A stretch of DNA of 62,820 bases. It comes from an uncultured virus (IMG/VR IMGVR_UViG_3300005549_000008). Its lineage: Duplodnaviria > Heunggongvirae > Uroviricota > Caudoviricetes. Where the stretch lies: IMG/VR virus record IMGVR_UViG_3300005549_000008; one strand, written 5' to 3'. Below are positions 27,929-36,858 of this stretch, piece by piece (positions within the stretch are counted from its first letter, which is position 1; each line of letters begins with the position of its first letter). The notes under the pieces are model-generated. The model did not search any database. It saw only the letters and a program-made list of their open reading frames with translations, and was not told the origin of the DNA. Both the position numbers and the translations under genes were made by a program.

Positions 27929-28686
27929 GCAACCCAGCCCTTCTTCTTGGCGTAGTAGTAGAAGCCGGCGGCGCCGGCCACGACCAGACCCCCGGTCACC
28001 ATCGTGGCCGCGCTGATCTTGCCCTTCGGGGGCGGCGGGGTTGTGATCGGCAGACCGGGACCGGTCGCCATGGGCGGCAGCGCAGGCTGAGCCACGACGG
28101 GCGGCGCTGCCTTACTGGGGGCGATGAACTCCTTGCAGTTCATGCCGTAGTCGTTGAGCCAGGTACCGCCAGTGTTGTCGGTGAGCCACTTGAGCGCGCC
28201 ACAGAGGCGACCATCCATGATTCCAGTGACCGGAATGGTCTCGTAACCCTGACCAATCAGAAAGCTGTTGACCTGCTTCTGCACCGTGGCTGTGCGCTCA
28301 TTGGCTTCCTGCCAAGGCAGCGCATAGTCCGATGGTTTGACGGTGGTGAAGGACTGCTCGGGCGCTTTGGTCCCTACGCGCGTCGGGTTGGTCCAGCCCT
28401 CGCAAGCGTTCACCTCGGGAATGGGATCGCCAGCAAATACGGACCAGTCCACCTTGTCGCGATTCACCTTGTCCGCGAGATGCGAGAATGCTCCGCAAGT
28501 AGCAGGCCCGAGCTTGCCGTCTTCGGAGATCGGAATGTAGCCGAGCTTCTTCAGCTGCGTGTTGATGTGCTGCTGGAACGTCTTCACGGTCGGGTCGGGA
28601 GTCTGGTTCCGATAGGTCCAACCGCCGAGACCGAGCCCCGAGAACGATCGCGCCATCTTGACTTTCGGACTAAAAATTCCGTTCAT
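27925..28686 (-). CDS. Protein with two peptidoglycan-binding-like domains and C-terminal TM
   Basis: VKTFQQ..LKKLGY..EDGKLGPAT and VQKQVN..GY..TGIMDGRL. Confidence 0.7.
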   Translation of the reverse strand: MNGIFSPKVKMARSFSGLGLGGWTYRNQTPDPTVKTFQQHINTQLKKLGYIPISEDGKLGPATCGAFSHLADKVNRDKVDWSVFAGDPIPEVNACEGWTNPTRVGTKAPEQSFTTVKPSDYALPWQEANERTATVQKQVNSFLIGQGYETIPVTGIMDGRLCGALKWLTDNTGGTWLNDYGMNCKEFIAPSKAAPPVVAQPALPPMATGPGLPITTPPPPKGKISAATMVTGGLVVAGAAGFYYYAKKKGWVA

Positions 28687-28701
28687 GTTCGTCGCCTTTT
28701 T

Positions 28702-29088
28702 CTACTTGCGATACGCTTCGAACGCTCGGTATCCACCGTACGCGATTCCCAGAACGATCGCAATTTGTAGGACACGTTCCAAAGTGACACCCGGACGCTT
28801 GCACTGAGGAAGCAGCATCGCGGGACAGTTTTTCAGATCCGGACGGAGCGCTGTGATGGCCGCCACGCTGAGCGGCTCATCCATAATCCTCCACCACTCC
28901 TTACAGGTTTCGTCCGTCCAGACGCCATTCGCAGTGATCTTGGCGCCCTTGTCGATCAGAGCCGCTTGAATATGCACCGTGAGGTGGTCGAATTGGCCCG
29001 GTCGCGCCATACACATCAGGTTGAACGCAGGGCTATCCACCGGCGTTGCGGCGGCCGAATCGGACCGGAACCAATCAGCAATAGTCAT
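28702..29088 (-). CDS. Small PG-binding-like tail-anchored protein
   Basis: IQAALIDKG..ANGVWTDET; C-terminal TM. Confidence 0.55.
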   Translation of the reverse strand: MTIADWFRSDSAAATPVDSPAFNLMCMARPGQFDHLTVHIQAALIDKGAKITANGVWTDETCKEWWRIMDEPLSVAAITALRPDLKNCPAMLLPQCKRPGVTLERVLQIAIVLGIAYGGYRAFEAYRK

Positions 29089-29089
29089 T

Positions 29090-29746
29090 TCAGCGCTTCA
29101 TCCTCTTCTTCAGAAAGTAGACCGCGCCGACCACCGCCACACCGCCAGCCAAAAAGGCTAGCGCGCGCTTGGTACTACCAGTCATGCCTGCCGACATCAT
29201 CATGGGCGTAGCCGGTGCCGGTGACATCGGCGTAAGAGGTGCGCCAGGCGGCGGCGCCTTCCCACCGCAGCCCTCCGACTTCTTCTTAGGAATGGTCTGT
29301 CCCTGACAGGTGTCGGGGTTCTTGAAGATGGCGTTGGTCTCGATGGTCAGGCGGTTGCGCGCGCCACACGTCGCCGGCCCAAGCTTCCCGTCCACGGTGA
29401 GCGGACAGTAGCCAGCTGCATTCAGAGCAACGTTGGTGGTCTCCTGCAGCTTCTTCGTAGCCTCGCTGACCTGACCCCACGGGTACTGCGAGGCATCGTC
29501 GCCGAGCCCGGAGATGTTTCCGTCGAAGATACCGCCGCCGCGCACCTGCGGCTTGAAGATCCCGCGACCGGTATCCCAGGCGCCGAGCCCATTCAGCTGC
29601 TCCTGCGAGGGAATGATCACGTCTGCGGTCTGCGCGATCACCGGAAACGAGAACACCGGCCGCGTGTAGATGGGTCCACGAAACCGAGTGGGCCAGGGGT
29701 GCAGGTGCACCTTATATGGCGTGGGGACGCCCAATACCTTGCTCAT
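29090..29746 (-). CDS. PG-binding-like tail-anchored protein
   Basis: KKLQ..LNAAGY..VDGKLGPAT; LNGLG and ISGLG; TM plus KKRMKR. Confidence 0.7.
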   Translation of the reverse strand: MSKVLGVPTPYKVHLHPWPTRFRGPIYTRPVFSFPVIAQTADVIIPSQEQLNGLGAWDTGRGIFKPQVRGGGIFDGNISGLGDDASQYPWGQVSEATKKLQETTNVALNAAGYCPLTVDGKLGPATCGARNRLTIETNAIFKNPDTCQGQTIPKKKSEGCGGKAPPPGAPLTPMSPAPATPMMMSAGMTGSTKRALAFLAGGVAVVGAVYFLKKRMKR

Positions 29747-30441
29747 AGCAGTCCTTTCTGTTCCAGAGCTTCGAGCGCCAATTGGGCTGCGACGACGCGA
29801 CGCTCATTTCTATCTGGATCCGTGATACTGCCCAATGAAGCGAGCACCTCACCGTCCGTGTCCTTCAGCGTCGCAACTAGGATTTCACTCACCGTTGCCG
29901 GGTCCACGTCGCCCAAACTATCCGCCCCATCCGGATCCTCGTCCCACTCGGTATCCCATTGCAGGCTCTCTGCGACTTCTTCAGCGTGCGCCAGGAGCAC
30001 TGCGGTCGGGATGCGGTGACCCACCGCGCGCGGAAAACTGTCGTGCTCGCTGAAAAACGCGACCCGCTTCTTGAATTCGGGATCGGTGCTCGGGCGTAGA
30101 TGGAGCTTCCCGTACGTATCCCTGAGATCCTTAACGAACCGCTCGTAAGCTGCGTCAACTAGCCCGTGAATCGTTTTGAGCGCGCGCTCGGTTGCGCCAC
30201 CCTTAGCATCCACCACCGCGAGCCACCCGTTACTGCGCCCCGTGAGATAGACCTCGCCCACCCACTTGTAGCGCTTACGTAGCACCTCTGCGAATTCCTC
30301 CACCGCGACCTCGGTGTCGGCTTCGAGCTGCGCATCACTAAGTAGCGGTACGTCCGGATACAGCACCGGCAACTTGACGTCGAATTCGTACACGGCGCCG
30401 ACGTCACCGATCTCGTACTTCTGCTCGTACCGCATGGTCAT
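29743..30441 (-). CDS. Hypothetical acidic protein
   Basis: Operon-packed ORF. Confidence 0.6.
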   Translation of the reverse strand: MTMRYEQKYEIGDVGAVYEFDVKLPVLYPDVPLLSDAQLEADTEVAVEEFAEVLRKRYKWVGEVYLTGRSNGWLAVVDAKGGATERALKTIHGLVDAAYERFVKDLRDTYGKLHLRPSTDPEFKKRVAFFSEHDSFPRAVGHRIPTAVLLAHAEEVAESLQWDTEWDEDPDGADSLGDVDPATVSEILVATLKDTDGEVLASLGSITDPDRNERRVVAAQLALEALEQKGLL

Positions 30442-30447
30442 GACAGA

Positions 30448-30915
30448 TCAAAATCGCTTGTTGTTGAGCGCGATCGCTGCCTCGATACCGAGTCCGATGG
30501 TGCCGCCGAATACTCCCGCCACGATACCCCATGCTGCGTACTTCCCCTCGCTGTCGCGCGACGGCGCCACGGCCTTGCCCACGAAGTAACCGGCACCGGC
30601 ACGGATGGCGATCCCGAGCAGCGCCCCGAACGCCAACGCAGCCGGACTGAACCCTCCCGTATCACTGTCGGCACCCAGACCGCGCACCGCCTGTAGCAGT
30701 CCCCGCATGGGATGCTGCGCGCCGGCCATGATCTCACCGCTTACCGCGCGCTGCTGCGGGACAGCGCGGCGCGGCTGATAGGGCTGAGGGATCAGGGAGG
30801 TGGTCGCACCGAGCCCGTCTGGCGATCCACTCACCGACGGCACATGGCTGATCGTCACCGGCTCCTCGAGCCGCTGACCGTTCATATAGAGAGGGTAACC
30901 GAGTGCGGTGCTCAT
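30448..30915 (-). CDS. Membrane protein with GLG motifs
   Basis: PDGLGA and VRGLGA; two Gly-rich TM helices. Confidence 0.65.
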   Translation of the reverse strand: MSTALGYPLYMNGQRLEEPVTISHVPSVSGSPDGLGATTSLIPQPYQPRRAVPQQRAVSGEIMAGAQHPMRGLLQAVRGLGADSDTGGFSPAALAFGALLGIAIRAGAGYFVGKAVAPSRDSEGKYAAWGIVAGVFGGTIGLGIEAAIALNNKRF

Positions 30916-31619
30916 TTTCGACCTTTCTTTCCACCTTTCATGACTGCATACACGGCGCCCGCGGCGAGTCCCACCGCCACCGTCACGCCCAGCATCTGCA
31001 GACCCGTCATCTTGGGTGGGACCGCAACCGCGTCGGCCCCGATCGCGATGGGGTTCTGCATCCAGTTAGCGATCGAGCGCTTCTGCATCGGGGCGGACTG
31101 CAGATAGTTCAGGATCTGCTTGGGCTGCTGATAGAGCCCCTGCTCGATGTGTGCGATTTCCGCCACGCTATCGATCGCAACCGCGCCGCTCGGCACCGCC
31201 ACGATCGGGCGCCCCGTGGTTGCGTCCCGCACCTCACTCTGGGACCAGGGCCGCTCGCGCGCGTGGTAGCCCGGCAAACTGAAGCGCCCCGCAAATACTC
31301 CCGCATCGGGGTAGATGTTGGGACTGCTGCCTGGTGGATCAAAGATCCCGTTCGCTTGCACGTCATCGCCCTCGGCGAGAAGCGCCAGCTCATTGCTCGC
31401 CCAGGCCTGATCGGTGCCCTCATCCTGCACGTCGATGTCGGTGCCGGCAAGCATGCGTCCGTAGCGGCGATCGATCAGCGCCTGATAGGCCGGTGCCGTG
31501 TGCGACGTCGCACGCATGTCGGGCGGACCCATCTCCACCATCGTAGGAAGATCGCCACCCGCAGGCTGAGTCGGGTAACTCGGGTAGCCCGGGTACTGTC
31601 GAAAAATGCTTTGGGTCAT
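30912..31619 (-). CDS. Tail-anchored protein
   Basis: C-terminal TM plus KGGKKGRK. Confidence 0.7.
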   Translation of the reverse strand: MTQSIFRQYPGYPSYPTQPAGGDLPTMVEMGPPDMRATSHTAPAYQALIDRRYGRMLAGTDIDVQDEGTDQAWASNELALLAEGDDVQANGIFDPPGSSPNIYPDAGVFAGRFSLPGYHARERPWSQSEVRDATTGRPIVAVPSGAVAIDSVAEIAHIEQGLYQQPKQILNYLQSAPMQKRSIANWMQNPIAIGADAVAVPPKMTGLQMLGVTVAVGLAAGAVYAVMKGGKKGRK

Positions 31620-32447
31620 TTACGCAGCCTTCTTGGGTTTCTTGAACGTTCGGTAGAGCAGGTAGCCGCCACCCACCACCACGACCGCGAGCAGCCCTCC
31701 CTTGATCATGTTCGCCTGCTTGATCTCCTCCTCCTCTACTATAGGAGGAGGCGGCCCGGGCGGGGGCGTGGTGACCACCACCGGCGGCGGCAGTGAGGGA
31801 CCTCCGGGCGGCGGCACGGCGGGCGGGGGCGTGGTGACAGCCGGCGGCGCGATCGGGGGCTTGGGCTCAGGGCGGAGCTTGGGTTCCGGCGGAAACACCA
31901 ACGTCGTGGGCGGCACGGGCTTGGGACGCAAGTAGGGCATGCCCGGCTGGGGACCGCAGACGGGCAGTTGGGCCGCGCCACACACGGAACCGTACGACGG
32001 CAGCGCACCCAGTCCCTTGACCGTGGTGCGTGTGATCTCCGCGCACTGCGCCGCCCACTGATCGTGCCACGACTGCAGCACGCAACCGGGGTAATCCGGT
32101 GGAAGCTTCAGTAGCCACTGCGTCGCGACCTGCGCTGACTTCTTCTTGTTGATTGCGGCGGTCGACGCGATTGCAGCGGCGCGAGCATTCATCGCTGAGG
32201 CATACGCCACCTGTTCGGCGTTCCACCTCTTGAGATCGTTTTGGTAGTCGGTCACCTTCGCGTTGTACTGTGCTTGGAGATTCGTGACGACTCCAGCCCA
32301 GATGCTCCTGGCAGTCTTGTAGGCCGCTTCTTCCGTCTTCCATTTGGCGTAGTCCGCCTGCCACGCTGCATACTGCGCACCGTAGTCCGCGAGTGCACCG
32401 AAGCCTGCGAATGCTGGATTGACCTTGCGTACGAATGAGTAGCTCAT
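31620..32447 (-). CDS. Coiled-coil / Pro-rich tail-anchored protein
   Basis: Ala/Tyr heptads, poly-Pro stalk, TM plus KKPKK; FAGFG and VKGLG. Confidence 0.7.
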   Translation of the reverse strand: MSYSFVRKVNPAFAGFGALADYGAQYAAWQADYAKWKTEEAAYKTARSIWAGVVTNLQAQYNAKVTDYQNDLKRWNAEQVAYASAMNARAAAIASTAAINKKKSAQVATQWLLKLPPDYPGCVLQSWHDQWAAQCAEITRTTVKGLGALPSYGSVCGAAQLPVCGPQPGMPYLRPKPVPPTTLVFPPEPKLRPEPKPPIAPPAVTTPPPAVPPPGGPSLPPPVVVTTPPPGPPPPIVEEEEIKQANMIKGGLLAVVVVGGGYLLYRTFKKPKKAA

Positions 32448-32986
32448 TGATCGATCTTCCACGCCTTCCAGGTTTTCACCCGACTCAGCATTGAGGCCTC
32501 GGTAGTACCGGCTACGGGATCACACACAATCCATTCTCCCGAACGCGGCTCGAGTACGCGCGTGAACACGTGCGAGTAGTGGCCCGGATCTCCGAACCCC
32601 ACTGTCACGAACTCCGTCTCGCGTCCTAGCTGACGACACATCGCAGCGATCCAGAGCGCGATGTCATCGCAATCACCCACGGCTTTGCCGCGCTCCAGAA
32701 TCTGTTCGCAGATGCGCTGAGGATCCTGCACCTGTTCGACGGCCACCGCGTCGTTCGAGTAGCGAATGCGTTCAGCGGCGAAGTTACGCACCGCCAAGAT
32801 TTCTCCGAGGTAGTCCTTGGGCTGCAGCTCTCGTACGATGTGGTCCTTCATCGTACGCACCAAAATGGAGCGCTCGCCGCGATCACCCAGGCAGAGCCGG
32901 ATCATCAGCCGGATCGTGTCGCTCGGCCCATTGAAGTGGGCCAGAACCTGGGGCGGGGCGTCGGCGATGGGGGTTGCGGAGAGCAT
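32444..32986 (-). CDS. Transglutaminase-like cysteine hydrolase (candidate maturation protease)
   Basis: GDCDD (Cys), YSHVF (His), WIVCDP (Asp) triad; start moved to ATG 32986 because TTG 33028 overlaps the promoter -10. Confidence 0.85.
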   Translation of the reverse strand: MLSATPIADAPPQVLAHFNGPSDTIRLMIRLCLGDRGERSILVRTMKDHIVRELQPKDYLGEILAVRNFAAERIRYSNDAVAVEQVQDPQRICEQILERGKAVGDCDDIALWIAAMCRQLGRETEFVTVGFGDPGHYSHVFTRVLEPRSGEWIVCDPVAGTTEASMLSRVKTWKAWKIDQ

Positions 32987-33027
32987 GGCTGTGCCTAGCT
33001 GGCCGCTTGGCTCGACCCGCACCGCCA

Positions 33028-33072
33028 ACGCTACCGGCGATCCCGCCCCTAGTGCAAGTTTTCGGGCCGATC
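33028..33072 (-). promoter_or_regulatory. Conserved viral promoter motif copy 5
   Basis: ATCGGCCCGAAAAC-TTGCAC-N18-TAGCGT. Confidence 0.7.
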
Positions 33073-33358
33073 AGTGTACGACCGGTGACTTCGCCAGCGC
33101 CAACCTAGCCGCCGCCTTCTTTTTCTGCTTGCTTCCCCGTTTGACGACCAATTCCTCGAACCCCTCGAACATCCCGTTGATCAACTCCCGCAGGTAGCTG
33201 AATCGTCTCTTTAGCGGCATCCTCCACACTATCTCCGTGAATGCTTGCAGCAGACAGCTGGTCGCTACCTGGTGGTCGTTTCTGACGTACGCCGCTTGAG
33301 CGGTTCGTAGCATCGACCGCATTCGCGCTACCTCGGTCTTGGTCGGCGGTCGCCTCAT
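33071..33358 (-). CDS. Hypothetical basic protein
   Basis: ATGA overlap. Confidence 0.55.
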   Translation of the reverse strand: MRRPPTKTEVARMRSMLRTAQAAYVRNDHQVATSCLLQAFTEIVWRMPLKRRFSYLRELINGMFEGFEELVVKRGSKQKKKAAARLALAKSPVVH

Positions 33359-33909
33359 ATGAGCTTGCCCCCGTTCAGGGGAGGACGCGATTTGTTGTAG
33401 CTGGTCTTTTCAGCGATCGCTCGTCCGAGCGGCGCCTGAATGAAGTGCGCGACCTCGCAGACGATCATCAGCGCGTCTCCCAGCTCGACCGGCATTCCTT
33501 CGGGCTTACCATCTTCGTAGCGTAATTCGAAGTCGCCACGCTGCAGACACTGAAACGCTTCCCCGAGCTCGGACTGGGCGTGGGCAATGCGCGACGCAAG
33601 GAAGTACGGAGCGCGGTTGGGAGCCTTGAACTTCTCGGGATAGAAACCGAGCCTCAGGCGCATCGCGTACACGCTCTCTCCGATCTGGGCGAGCACACCG
33701 TATCGATCCTGAGCTTTCAGTTGCTCTTCGAGATGATCGGCCAGTGTCTCACAGTGATCACATACGGGGCGCGTGAGCAGGTTCCCATTCGGATATCGAC
33801 CAATATGCCGTAACCGGTGAGTAGGCTTCGCGGCGCGCGCACAGAACGTACACGGATGGGTGTTGTCGCGGCCTCGATCAAATGTAGCGCGAGCAGTTAC
33901 CGGATCCAT
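33355..33909 (-). CDS. MazG-like nucleotide pyrophosphohydrolase with N-terminal Zn finger
   Basis: SELGEA...VELGDA...EKTSYNKSRP; CTFC...CDHC. Confidence 0.75.
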   Translation of the reverse strand: MDPVTARATFDRGRDNTHPCTFCARAAKPTHRLRHIGRYPNGNLLTRPVCDHCETLADHLEEQLKAQDRYGVLAQIGESVYAMRLRLGFYPEKFKAPNRAPYFLASRIAHAQSELGEAFQCLQRGDFELRYEDGKPEGMPVELGDALMIVCEVAHFIQAPLGRAIAEKTSYNKSRPPLNGGKLI

Positions 33910-33910
33910 G

Positions 33911-36322
33911 TCAGCCCGCTGCGGCGCCCATGCGTTTTACGCTGACCATGATCTCGCGCAGGTACTTCTGTCCTTCACGGCGCACGAGCGGACTGTCGCT
34001 ACCGCCGGGTAGCTGTTGGATGGCTTCCACCAGCAGCTCCACCGACACTTGAGTTGCTACCGACATAGCGGCTTGAATTCCATACTGCTGCACAATTGCT
34101 TCCGCAAACTTATCCGGCGGTGCTCCCGCTTCGAACGCGGGCTCCAGCGCGGACCGGAGCTGATCAGCTAGAGCGACCAACTGAGGATCCAGTGCTGATT
34201 GCTGCGCTTGGGCCGGCGGTAGCGATACATCGGGTGGCGACGGGTGAGGTTGGGCCGGCGCAGGGACGGGTGCCGGCGGCGTATCCAGCTGTTGTGCTTC
34301 CGCAAATGTTTGCGGGCGCGGACCGCTCGGCGGAGCGGGACGCTGCTGACCACGAGGCTCGACGTACTGCGGTTCAGCGCTGACCGCTTGCTCGAACTCG
34401 GGCCCGTCTTCTGTAGCAAACGCGGGACGTCTACCTGCGAGGGCGCGCGGGCGCGTATGCGGCGCTATCTGGCCCGCTTGCATGTGCGCGGCCGCCTGCA
34501 TGCGCATCCGCTCGTCCATCCGGATCTGCTCGGCCTGCTCGGGGCTCATCTCGGGGCGCGGCCGGACGATATCCATCGCGCCCTTGATCACTTCGGGGAT
34601 TTTCGGCAAACCCGCCATCGCCACCTGCGCTACCAGCGTCTTCCAGTCCGTCGGCTGCTGATCGCCTCCGGTGTCGCGCACGAACCCCAAGTCCTCCGCG
34701 GTCTTGGAAAACTTCGCCACCTGTTTGGCTACATCCTTATTGTTCTCAGCTTCCACCCGGTAACGCTCGGCTTCCGCGCGCACGCGGTCGAGCTCGTTCT
34801 TTAGCGTAGCGAGCTGCGTCTCGTAACCAGACTTCATGTTCTCGAGGCGTCCCTCGAAGTTATTGCGCTGCGACTCCATGTCCCGAGTATGGCCGCGCTC
34901 GGCATCGCCGACCCGCTCGTCCGCCCGGCGCTGTGCCGCCGCGATATCCCTATCGAAGTTCGCACGCATCTGCTCGATAGCATCCCGTGACCGCCGCTCA
35001 GCTTCCTGCACTCTGGCGTCTGCGCGTTCACGCTCTTCCCGCGCGCGACTCTCGGCTCGCTGCTCCGCGTCGCGCACGCGAGCATCCGCGCGCTCGTCCG
35101 CAGCGCGCACCTGACGATCCAGGTTGTTGGCTTGCTCACGGCTACGCTCTTCCATATTGCGTAGTTGCGTCATCAACTCGGAGATGCGGGCTTCCAGTGC
35201 GCTATTGTTACCCTGCATAAGAGGCTGCAATGCCTTGACCATCGCAATCGGGTCGTGGTTTGCGCCAGTGGCACTCAGCATCTCGATTCGATCCTTGTAG
35301 GTGCGATCAATTCGCTCGATCTCGTCACGCTTTGCCTGTTGCACACGCTCGAGTTCGGCGTTTCGCTGTTCAGCAAGGATCGTCAGCGAATCCTTTTCTC
35401 TTTGCACTCGTAAACGCTCGGCGGTATCAGCGCGCTCACGCTCACGATCCAATCGAGTCTCCGATCGGACCTCTCCGCGTTCCTGGTGACCGAGCTCGAC
35501 TTCACGCAGCCGCGCATCGCCGGTGCTCGCTGGTCCCCGATGACGAAGTCCTGGTTGCATCATGTTCTGGTCATCCTCTGCGTACATGGAGTCCGTATTG
35601 GGCGGACCCGGAAAGTGGACCTTGATTGGCTTGGTCAGCGCCTTCACTTGGAGCTTATTGTCGGGGCCGTACACCGCGCCGTGTCGCGGCGGACCGTAGA
35701 CAGTGAGCTCGTAGGCGCCGCCACCGTAGAACTCTTGAAACTCCGGCAGCGTAATCGGAGTTTCAATCGGCTGTTGCACTCCCGAGCACGCGAGCCCACT
35801 GAATGACTTGGGCCACTTCCGATCGATGTAGATGTAGTGGCTACCGTCACCAATCGGAAAGATGGAGTACAGATCAATCAGATTACGCGGGATGTTGTCG
35901 CCGTAGTCCGGCACCTCCGCGTCCTCAGTAAACGTCACCGGTCCCATGCTGGACTTCTGCCGCAGTTGCGGATTGGGCTCGGCCGGAGGAATGAATCCAT
36001 TCTCCGTCAGCATCTCCGCACGGTCGGCAACTTCTTCCACCGACGGCAACTCCTCGTCTACCTCATCCTCCTCGGTGTCGTTGGTACCATTACTGAGATG
36101 GCGCTCCACCACATCCTCGAGCGAGCGCACCGACCGCACCTTAACCAGGGGTTCCCCGTTGGGGCCCTCGACCGCTGCCGAGCCGGGGGCGCGCTCGGTG
36201 CGCGCGCGCGCTTTCTCTGCGCGCGCACGCGCGGCACCTTCCTTCATCTTCGCCAAACGCTCAGGGCTCAGTGTGCGCTTCTTGCGCGCTGGCTCAACCG
36301 GCGACTCGGTAGATTCACTCAT
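33911..36322 (-). CDS. Large coiled-coil protein
   Basis: 803 aa; long R/E/A/D-rich coiled coil and Pro-rich linker. Confidence 0.75.
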   Translation of the reverse strand: MSESTESPVEPARKKRTLSPERLAKMKEGAARARAEKARARTERAPGSAAVEGPNGEPLVKVRSVRSLEDVVERHLSNGTNDTEEDEVDEELPSVEEVADRAEMLTENGFIPPAEPNPQLRQKSSMGPVTFTEDAEVPDYGDNIPRNLIDLYSIFPIGDGSHYIYIDRKWPKSFSGLACSGVQQPIETPITLPEFQEFYGGGAYELTVYGPPRHGAVYGPDNKLQVKALTKPIKVHFPGPPNTDSMYAEDDQNMMQPGLRHRGPASTGDARLREVELGHQERGEVRSETRLDRERERADTAERLRVQREKDSLTILAEQRNAELERVQQAKRDEIERIDRTYKDRIEMLSATGANHDPIAMVKALQPLMQGNNSALEARISELMTQLRNMEERSREQANNLDRQVRAADERADARVRDAEQRAESRAREERERADARVQEAERRSRDAIEQMRANFDRDIAAAQRRADERVGDAERGHTRDMESQRNNFEGRLENMKSGYETQLATLKNELDRVRAEAERYRVEAENNKDVAKQVAKFSKTAEDLGFVRDTGGDQQPTDWKTLVAQVAMAGLPKIPEVIKGAMDIVRPRPEMSPEQAEQIRMDERMRMQAAAHMQAGQIAPHTRPRALAGRRPAFATEDGPEFEQAVSAEPQYVEPRGQQRPAPPSGPRPQTFAEAQQLDTPPAPVPAPAQPHPSPPDVSLPPAQAQQSALDPQLVALADQLRSALEPAFEAGAPPDKFAEAIVQQYGIQAAMSVATQVSVELLVEAIQQLPGGSDSPLVRREGQKYLREIMVSVKRMGAAAG

Positions 36323-36327
36323 GGCGA

Positions 36328-36837
36328 TCAGTTTGCCGCTGGATCGACCGTAGCCGACTCCTCTTCTTCTTCATCATCGTCATCCTCGTCGTCCGTATCC
36401 TCGGACTCTTCACTCATCGTGACTTCGTCCAGAAACTGGACCTGCTTGTCGACCCGAGCTTCGAGCGCGCCACGCACCTCGCTGGTCGATGGCACTTCAG
36501 CAAGCAACGCCAGCAGTAGCGCCTTCAGCTCGTTAGCTTGCTCCGGCAATAGACCCGGTTCGTCTTCGGTGGATGCCTGAGCCAACAGGCCACCCAAATC
36601 CTCGTCGACTCCGTCCGCCCAATCCTCGAGCTCCGCCAAGGTCCCAAGTACCTTGTCGAAGCCATCAGTAAGGATCGACATCACGGTATCGACCAACTCT
36701 GCAGGGAGCTGCTCCGGGTTGAGCTTTCCATCCTTCATGCGCTTGTTCAGTCGCTCGAAGTTGGCGCGCGATTCCTGAACGATGGCATGTAGCGGCTGGA
36801 GTAGATCGGATGATTCAATGGTTACATTTCTCGCCAT
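36328..36837 (-). CDS. Acidic helical hypothetical protein
   Basis: Poly-D/E tail. Confidence 0.65.
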   Translation of the reverse strand: MARNVTIESSDLLQPLHAIVQESRANFERLNKRMKDGKLNPEQLPAELVDTVMSILTDGFDKVLGTLAELEDWADGVDEDLGGLLAQASTEDEPGLLPEQANELKALLLALLAEVPSTSEVRGALEARVDKQVQFLDEVTMSEESEDTDDEDDDDEEEEESATVDPAAN

Positions 36838-36858
36838 GATCTATTTCTCTCTTTCGGT

